In this document: one piece after another, positions 58,054 to 64,000 of the stretch
How positions within the stretch are numbered: position 1 is the stretch's first letter
Layout: every line of letters begins with the position of its first letter
Position numbers and translations under genes: made by a program
The notes under the pieces: model-generated
What the model was told of the DNA's origin: nothing
The model's input: the letters and a program-made list of their open reading frames with translations, nothing else
Database searches by the model: none
Virus record (IMG/VR): IMGVR_UViG_3300038424_000251
Coordinates: 301,300 to 365,299 of that record
Strand: one strand, 5' to 3'
Length of the DNA: 64,000 nt

Positions 58054-58327
58054 ACTTAAATCATTATTAACTGAATTTCAAGGTGAAAATTTAAAAGTGG
58101 GAGATTTTGTTCTTACAACTGGGAAGGGTCCATTAACAGGACCTAATTCTCCATTGGGGTTTGATAATCTTCCAGCAATAATTGTAGGTAAACGACAAAA
58201 TAAGTATCTTATTATGTTTAGAGGGTCAATCAGTCCATTAGAAGCCACAGATGAACAAATAATAAAAGTATCAAAACCTCATAGATTTCCTCTATCACCT
58301 TGGGTCAAAAAGTATCTTGGAAAATAA
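58046..58327 (+). CDS. Small protein with an MIKLKSLLTE N-terminus and an SH3/KOW-like body
   Basis: LKVGDFV..AIIVG..KYLIMF. Confidence 0.55.
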   Translation: MIKLKSLLTEFQGENLKVGDFVLTTGKGPLTGPNSPLGFDNLPAIIVGKRQNKYLIMFRGSISPLEATDEQIIKVSKPHRFPLSPWVKKYLGK

Positions 58328-58370
58328 TATCTAATTTTAATGTATGATTAACGGATAATATATTTATAAT

Positions 58371-58718
58371 ATGAGCCAGATTTGTTATATATGGGGATTT
58401 ACAGACGTTTTATGGAAAAACGCCAATTGGGAATGGTCAGAATGTTTGTTGGTAGCTGAAATTTTAGCTGGCAATCCACTGGGAGTAGATGCAGCTACAT
58501 TGGTTCAGCCGTGGCTTGAAGAACCTTGGAGTCCGTATAGAGCTGGTGAAGACCAAGAAAAGCAAAATAAAAGAAGGCGGTTGATAAAACTTATTTGTAA
58601 AGTAAAAGGAGTTGAGTATAACGAAGAAAAAATGAAGAAAGATTTTAAGGTGACAGCTAATGATATTAAATTGGTTGTAAAAGCTGTTTCTGATATTGAT
58701 ATTAAATTAAAGGAATAA
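58371..58718 (+). CDS. Hypothetical late protein
   Basis: Trp-rich N-terminus; TATTTATA 2 nt upstream. Confidence 0.55.
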   Translation: MSQICYIWGFTDVLWKNANWEWSECLLVAEILAGNPLGVDAATLVQPWLEEPWSPYRAGEDQEKQNKRRRLIKLICKVKGVEYNEEKMKKDFKVTANDIKLVVKAVSDIDIKLKE

Positions 58719-58721
58719 AAA

Positions 58722-59321
58722 ATGTCATATAAATTATACACTGATAAAAATGAGAACTTTGAGTGTGAGATAGATGTTAAAAATGCCTCATTAAAAAATT
58801 CTATAACACGATTGATTGTGGAATCAACTACTGGACCAAACTTGATATTCAATGGTCAATTAAATGGTGATAAATGTATTATCCCTATTAAACGGTTAAA
58901 AGGAATATTAGATGAAAATACCCGTGGTAATATGCATCTTGAAGTGATTGTGGAAGATACTTATTTCAAGCCTTGGGAATCGGATTTTATAGTTGAAGAA
59001 CACACATCTGTAAAAGTTAAGGTCAATGAACAAAAACAATCTTTTAAACCTCTTGTTAAACTTAAAACACATCCAATTTTAAATTATGTAAAGGGAACCC
59101 CATCTGATATTATCTCACCATCAAAAAGAAAAGGCATTAATGTTTTTATTCCAAAAAAAGAAATAGCAATAATTTGTGAACAGTTTGGTATAAAAAAGAG
59201 AAATTTCCAAAAAAAGCAAAAAGAATTTATTCAAATCTTAAAGGAATATTTCAAGGCTAATCCAGAATATAATTATCATGCTAGGGTGATTTTAAAGGGA
59301 ATAGATAACTTCTTAAGATAA
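58722..59321 (+). CDS. Hypothetical phage protein
   Basis: Clean ORF in the operon; Ig-like beta N-terminus. Confidence 0.55.
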   Translation: MSYKLYTDKNENFECEIDVKNASLKNSITRLIVESTTGPNLIFNGQLNGDKCIIPIKRLKGILDENTRGNMHLEVIVEDTYFKPWESDFIVEEHTSVKVKVNEQKQSFKPLVKLKTHPILNYVKGTPSDIISPSKRKGINVFIPKKEIAIICEQFGIKKRNFQKKQKEFIQILKEYFKANPEYNYHARVILKGIDNFLR

Positions 59322-59334
59322 TTATAGGTTATAT

Positions 59335-62300
59335 ATGCAATTTCCTAGTCGTGATTTTACCAATCAGTATATTTCTAAATCTTACCAAGATGTAGTCCAA
59401 CGATATGCTGATACAGGTTCTACCACTTATTTTTTAGATGGTCTTGGATATGTTATTGCGGGGATTCCGACATCTTCAATTGGTAATATCATTGTTACTC
59501 AAGATCAAACTGCTTCTTATTCTTTCTTTGCAATAACAGCTTCATACGCTGCTACTTCCTCAGTGACATATGTTACTTCTTCAATAACTTCTTCAGTAAC
59601 GTCAGCTATATCTGCATCATGGGCATCATCTTCGATTAGTGCGAGTTATTTTAGTGGTTCAATCGTATCAGCTTCTTTTATTAGTACTCCAAATATAGAT
59701 TCAAGTAACAGTTATCTTTATAGCAGTGGTAAATTTGTAGCAACCATAGAGGGTTCTCATACCGCAGTTTATAGCTTAAATGGTATTAACTGGAACGTTG
59801 TTACAATGCCCGGTGATTTTGGTTGGGATGGTTTAATTTATGGAAATGGTAAATATGTAGCCGTTGCATATTATAATACCAATGGTAGTGCATCAGCTTA
59901 TAGTTATGACGGTATTCATTGGTCATCATCTATCATGCCCGGTGGCTCTTCACTTTATTGGGCTAGTGTAGCTTATGGAAATGGTAAATATGTAGCTGTT
60001 GCAGATAATTTTGTTAATACTGCATCTTATAGTTCAGATGGAATAAATTGGTCAGCCTCTGTAATGCCTGATTCTCTTGAATGGTATTCTGTGTGTTATG
60101 GAAATGATAAATTTGTGGCAGTTACGTATGATGGGTCCAATACATCGAGTTATAGTTATGACGGAATTCATTGGACGGCTTCTGTAATGCCGGGAGTTCC
60201 ACCCATTTATTGGACTAATGTATGTTATGGAAATGGAAAATTTGTAGTAGTTCCAAACACTTCTAATACAGGAGCTTATAGTTATGACGGAATTCATTGG
60301 ACGGCTTCTGTAATGCCCGGAATATATTGTTGGAATAGTGTAATTTATGGGAATGGCAAATTTGTGACAGTTGAAGATAGTGGTGATATTGCAGCATATA
60401 GTTATGATGGAATTACTTGGTACTCTACTCCAATGCCTTTGTCTGGTTCTGGACTTTTCTGGATTGGTGTAGCTTATGGAAATGGAAAATTTGTAGCAAT
60501 TGCAGATACACCAGATACAGCTTATAGTTATGATGGTGTCAATTGGACTGCCTCCGTGATGCCTGTTAATTTGTCTGGTTGGTTTAATGTAGTTTATGGA
60601 AATAATGATGGTAATAACAATAGTAACAATATTTCTATTGATTGGCAAAATCAAATATTATCAGATGGTCTTTGGAAGGGTACAATTTTCAATGCTATAT
60701 CTTCCTCTTATGCAAATATTTCATCATTATCATTAGTTTCTGATGTAGCTTTGATAGCTGATACTGCTTCTTTTGCTGGTTTTACTACTGAACCTGTTAT
60801 ACATCTCTATGCATATCCACAGCCAATGTATTGTGTAGATATGAATGGAACTAGCAGTGGTTTCAAAATTTTTTCCGGTAGTGATTGTTCACCAATGATT
60901 CAAGCCGCTATTAATGACCCTATTAATTTTGCTAATATGGATTTGTTGAGTGGTAGTGTTCCAGTTGGGAGTAAATTAGTATTTGCTCCCGGTACATATA
61001 ATTGTAATAGCCCCATTTCTTTCTCTGTTCCAAATATTACTTTGCCAAATAGCACTAGAGGACCGGGTTATCCTGTTAATTACGTCATTGAAGGTGCTGG
61101 AAAATTTAATACTCAAATAATTTATACAGGTACAAATGCAATTAGTTCTAGTAATCCTAATACTGCTTCTGCTTTTATCACTATTGGAACTACGGGTCAA
61201 AATGATAATGCGTGGGTAAATTTTAGTGCATATGATATCGGATTCTGGTGTTGGGAACAACAATGTGCAGTTGTTTATGCTATTGGTTTTAATCAATGTG
61301 AATTTAATAATTGTGCATTTGGTAATTCTTATTCTTTACAAAATGGTCGTGTAGCTGGTTCTTCTATACAATTGGGTGTACCTGCTAATATTCCACCTTC
61401 TTTAATTTGTTTGTGGGCGGATGCAGGTGGAGATAATGCACTTATTGTGGAAAATCATTGTATTTTTTCAGGAGGTGCAATAGGATTATATTTGAATTGT
61501 GACCATGCTAGAATTGTTAATAGTGATTTTGGTGGATTTGGACAGTATAATACTGGTAGTGGTGGTGATATAGTTGGAACTTCATATTCACCATCAAGCA
61601 GTGTATTCAGTTTGGGTTCAGCAATATTGGATGCAGTTCGTCAAGAAATAGTTATTGAGGGATGCCATATGGTTAGTTGCGCAGGAGGTATTTATGCAAT
61701 TGCAAATCCTCAACGACCATATTATCAAGTTCCCTACCATCAATATTCATATAATTATAATGAATTTTGTAGTGGTTTTGATATTGGTATTCAAAATGAT
61801 TGGTTCTTATCAAGTGTAAAAAAAGCTCAGTTTAATGCTGAGCAAAATATGTTTTATAATCAAAATTATGGTTCCATATCTTCGGGGTCTGGATATTGGA
61901 CTGGTAGTAGTATTTTTCCGAGTTATCTTTCTTTACAATTTACTCAAGTAACCAATGCTGGAAATGGTCCTTCTGCATCTTTAAATCTTTGGGGTCTTAC
62001 TAATATACAAAATGGTGTTATAATAGGTTCTTTGACTGGAACTTCAAGTTGGTCAAACAATTCAACTTCAAGTAGTTATGCTATAACTGCTTCTTGGGCA
62101 CCAACACCAACAAATGTAACAAGTTGTAGTTATATATCTTCTTCAACTATAGATTCTGGTAATGGTTTACTTTGTTTAGCCACTAGTCAATCGATGTTTG
62201 TATCAGTTACAAATAGTACTTTTACATCTTCATATAGTTATGACGGTATAAATTGGACTGCTTCTATAATGCCCGCTCCGCTTATTTGGTCATATGCTGC

Positions 62301-63825
62301 ATATGGAAACAAAAAATTTGTAGCTGTATCAAATAGCAGCTCTACATCTTCATATAGTTATGACGGTATAAATTGGACTGCTTCTGCTATGCCTGCTTCT
62401 CTTCAATGGGATGGAATTACTTATGGAAATGGAACATTCGTAGCAGTTGCGTATAATTCTAATGTAGGAGCTTATAGTTATGATGGAATTAACTGGATAT
62501 CTTCTTCAATGCCTGCTACTCTTAATTGGCAGAGTGTGGCTTACGGAAATGGAGTATTTGTAACAGTCGCTGTAGGTTCTAATACGGGGTCTTATAGTTC
62601 TGATGGTATAAATTGGACTGCTTCTGCTATGCCTGCTTCTCTTAATTGGCAAAATATAACGTATGGAAATGGGAAATTTGTTATAGTTGCATACAATTCT
62701 ATTTCAGGAGCTTACAGTTATGACGGTATCAATTGGACATCTTCTACAATGCCTCTTTCACGTCTCTGGGAAAGTGTTACTTATGGTAATGGAACTTATG
62801 TAGCTGTTGCAAGAAATTCTCTAACTGCCTCTTATAGTTCCGATGGTATTAATTGGACATCTTCCAGAATGCCTGCTTCACTGTTTTGGAGTAGTGTTAC
62901 CTATGGAAATGGAAAATTTGTAGCTGTCACAATCAATACTGCAACCTCATCATATAGCTCAGATGGTATCAATTGGACATCTTCTAAATTGCCGGCTTCA
63001 CTTCAATGGATAAATGTAACGAATGGATTTGGTAAAACTTTCTATGTTCCATCAATAGATTGGCAAAATAATATGTTAGCAGATGGAATTTGGACTGGTA
63101 ATATCACCAATGCAAATCTAGCTACTTCATCAATTTCAAGTTTATTCGCTTCCCAATCTTTAAGTGCATCGTGGGCATCTTCATCTATTTCGTCAAGTTA
63201 TGCAATAACTGCTTCTTGGGCTCCGATGCCCGATGTAAGTAATTCGTCATCTTGGGCTTCTTCTTCTATTAGTTCAAGTTATGCTATAACTGCTTCTTAT
63301 GCTCCATTTACAGATAATCCAAATGCAACATCATCAAGTTGGGCAAGTTCATCTATTAGTTCATCTTGGTCAAATATATCAATTTCCTCAAGTTACGCTC
63401 TAAGTGCTTCGTGGGCTCCGGGTGGTGGTTCATCTGTAAGTGCTTCTTGGGCATCAAGTTCATTGGGAGATGTTCCTGTTGGTTGTGTAGTGGCTTGGTT
63501 GCAAAATTTGAGTGGAACACCTGCTTTACCAAGTAATTTTGTTCAATGTAATGGTCAAACAATTACCGACCCACAAAGTCCTTATAGTGGATCAACAATA
63601 TCAAACTTAAATGGTTCTGGTGCTCAAACCCAAAGATTTTTAAGAGGTTCAACAACTTCGGGTGGAACGGGTGGAAGTGATACCAATACACACTATCATA
63701 ATATAACATTTAATCAGAATGCCGCAGGGTCAAGTCCTTGCAGTGCAAACGGTTCAACAGATAATACAACCATAAGCATACTTCCATCTTATTATGAAGT
63801 TGTCTGGATAATTCGTATAAAATAA
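59335..63825 (+). CDS. Large tail fibre/receptor-binding protein: two beta-propeller blocks, a central beta-helix-like domain, Ser-rich stalks and a C-terminal tail-collar domain
   Basis: About 40-aa SYDGI.WT.S.MP..W..V.YGNGKFVAV repeats in two blocks; MIQAAIN..LVFAPGTY..IEGAG pectate-lyase-like start; VPVGCVVAW..PSNFVQCNGQ..RFLRG collar. Confidence 0.8.
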   Translation: MQFPSRDFTNQYISKSYQDVVQRYADTGSTTYFLDGLGYVIAGIPTSSIGNIIVTQDQTASYSFFAITASYAATSSVTYVTSSITSSVTSAISASWASSSISASYFSGSIVSASFISTPNIDSSNSYLYSSGKFVATIEGSHTAVYSLNGINWNVVTMPGDFGWDGLIYGNGKYVAVAYYNTNGSASAYSYDGIHWSSSIMPGGSSLYWASVAYGNGKYVAVADNFVNTASYSSDGINWSASVMPDSLEWYSVCYGNDKFVAVTYDGSNTSSYSYDGIHWTASVMPGVPPIYWTNVCYGNGKFVVVPNTSNTGAYSYDGIHWTASVMPGIYCWNSVIYGNGKFVTVEDSGDIAAYSYDGITWYSTPMPLSGSGLFWIGVAYGNGKFVAIADTPDTAYSYDGVNWTASVMPVNLSGWFNVVYGNNDGNNNSNNISIDWQNQILSDGLWKGTIFNAISSSYANISSLSLVSDVALIADTASFAGFTTEPVIHLYAYPQPMYCVDMNGTSSGFKIFSGSDCSPMIQAAINDPINFANMDLLSGSVPVGSKLVFAPGTYNCNSPISFSVPNITLPNSTRGPGYPVNYVIEGAGKFNTQIIYTGTNAISSSNPNTASAFITIGTTGQNDNAWVNFSAYDIGFWCWEQQCAVVYAIGFNQCEFNNCAFGNSYSLQNGRVAGSSIQLGVPANIPPSLICLWADAGGDNALIVENHCIFSGGAIGLYLNCDHARIVNSDFGGFGQYNTGSGGDIVGTSYSPSSSVFSLGSAILDAVRQEIVIEGCHMVSCAGGIYAIANPQRPYYQVPYHQYSYNYNEFCSGFDIGIQNDWFLSSVKKAQFNAEQNMFYNQNYGSISSGSGYWTGSSIFPSYLSLQFTQVTNAGNGPSASLNLWGLTNIQNGVIIGSLTGTSSWSNNSTSSSYAITASWAPTPTNVTSCSYISSSTIDSGNGLLCLATSQSMFVSVTNSTFTSSYSYDGINWTASIMPAPLIWSYAAYGNKKFVAVSNSSSTSSYSYDGINWTASAMPASLQWDGITYGNGTFVAVAYNSNVGAYSYDGINWISSSMPATLNWQSVAYGNGVFVTVAVGSNTGSYSSDGINWTASAMPASLNWQNITYGNGKFVIVAYNSISGAYSYDGINWTSSTMPLSRLWESVTYGNGTYVAVARNSLTASYSSDGINWTSSRMPASLFWSSVTYGNGKFVAVTINTATSSYSSDGINWTSSKLPASLQWINVTNGFGKTFYVPSIDWQNNMLADGIWTGNITNANLATSSISSLFASQSLSASWASSSISSSYAITASWAPMPDVSNSSSWASSSISSSYAITASYAPFTDNPNATSSSWASSSISSSWSNISISSSYALSASWAPGGGSSVSASWASSSLGDVPVGCVVAWLQNLSGTPALPSNFVQCNGQTITDPQSPYSGSTISNLNGSGAQTQRFLRGSTTSGGTGGSDTNTHYHNITFNQNAAGSSPCSANGSTDNTTISILPSYYEVVWIIRIK

Positions 63826-63839
63826 AAGGAAATAAATTT

Positions 63840-64000
63840 ATGGCTATAACATTAGATTGGCAAAAAAGAATTTTATCGGGGTCTTGGACAGGTTCAATAT
63901 CCAATGCAATTTCTGCGAGCTATGCAAGTTCATCAATTTCTTCAAGCTATGCTTTGACTTCAAGCTATTGGTCAAGTTCTATTCAGATTTCTAGTTCTTG
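63840..64000 (+). CDS. Start of another Ser-rich fibre gene (truncated)
   Basis: MAITLDWQKRILSGSWTGSISNAISASYASSS; AAGGA upstream. Confidence 0.6.
   Translation, partial: MAITLDWQKRILSGSWTGSISNAISASYASSSISSSYALTSSYWSSSIQISSS

Noticed and set aside
60052-60654. 200-aa minus-strand ORF with internal repeats
   Set aside because: It mirrors the propeller repeats of the tail fibre on the opposite strand.
59700-63030. Propeller repeats as a CRISPR array or DGR template/variable pair
   Set aside because: The repeats are in-frame and degenerate at codon third positions. Differences are not adenine-specific, and there is no reverse transcriptase or cas gene in the window.
1-64000. Stop-codon reassignment (seen in some large phages)
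   Set aside because: Core genes are intact and densely packed under the standard code, with no fragmentation at TAG or TGA.

Overview
An AT-rich (roughly 30% GC by eye), gene-dense segment of a large T4-like (myovirus or jumbo-type) bacteriophage genome, read in the standard code and almost entirely on the + strand. From left to right it contains: (1) the end of an LRR protein and Ser-rich fibre genes; (2) a gp55-like late sigma factor; (3) a baseplate/tail module (gp5-like spike, gp25, gp6, gp7-like and several conserved tail proteins with propeller, FG-GAP or dockerin-like inserts); (4) a replication/recombination block (RuvC, primase, HExxH peptidase, fused Mre11-Rad50); (5) the head module (terminase gp17, portal gp20, prohead protease gp21, scaffold, major capsid gp23), interleaved with proteins that share a putative capsid-targeting helix and look like protease-cleavable polyproteins; (6) a sigma70-driven accessory island (NADAR, HD protein, RlaP-like nucleotidyltransferase); (7) a terminator-flanked FkbM cassette; and (8) a large multi-domain tail fibre. 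The most notable signals are the putative head-packaged polyprotein cargo system, an apparent -1 frameshift on an A9 run in one of those genes, and two promoter classes (TATTTATA and TTGACA-type) that often sit so close to start codons that the mRNAs would be leaderless. I saw no tRNA, rRNA, CRISPR array, intron, intein or integrase. All family assignments come from motif recognition by eye, not from database searches.
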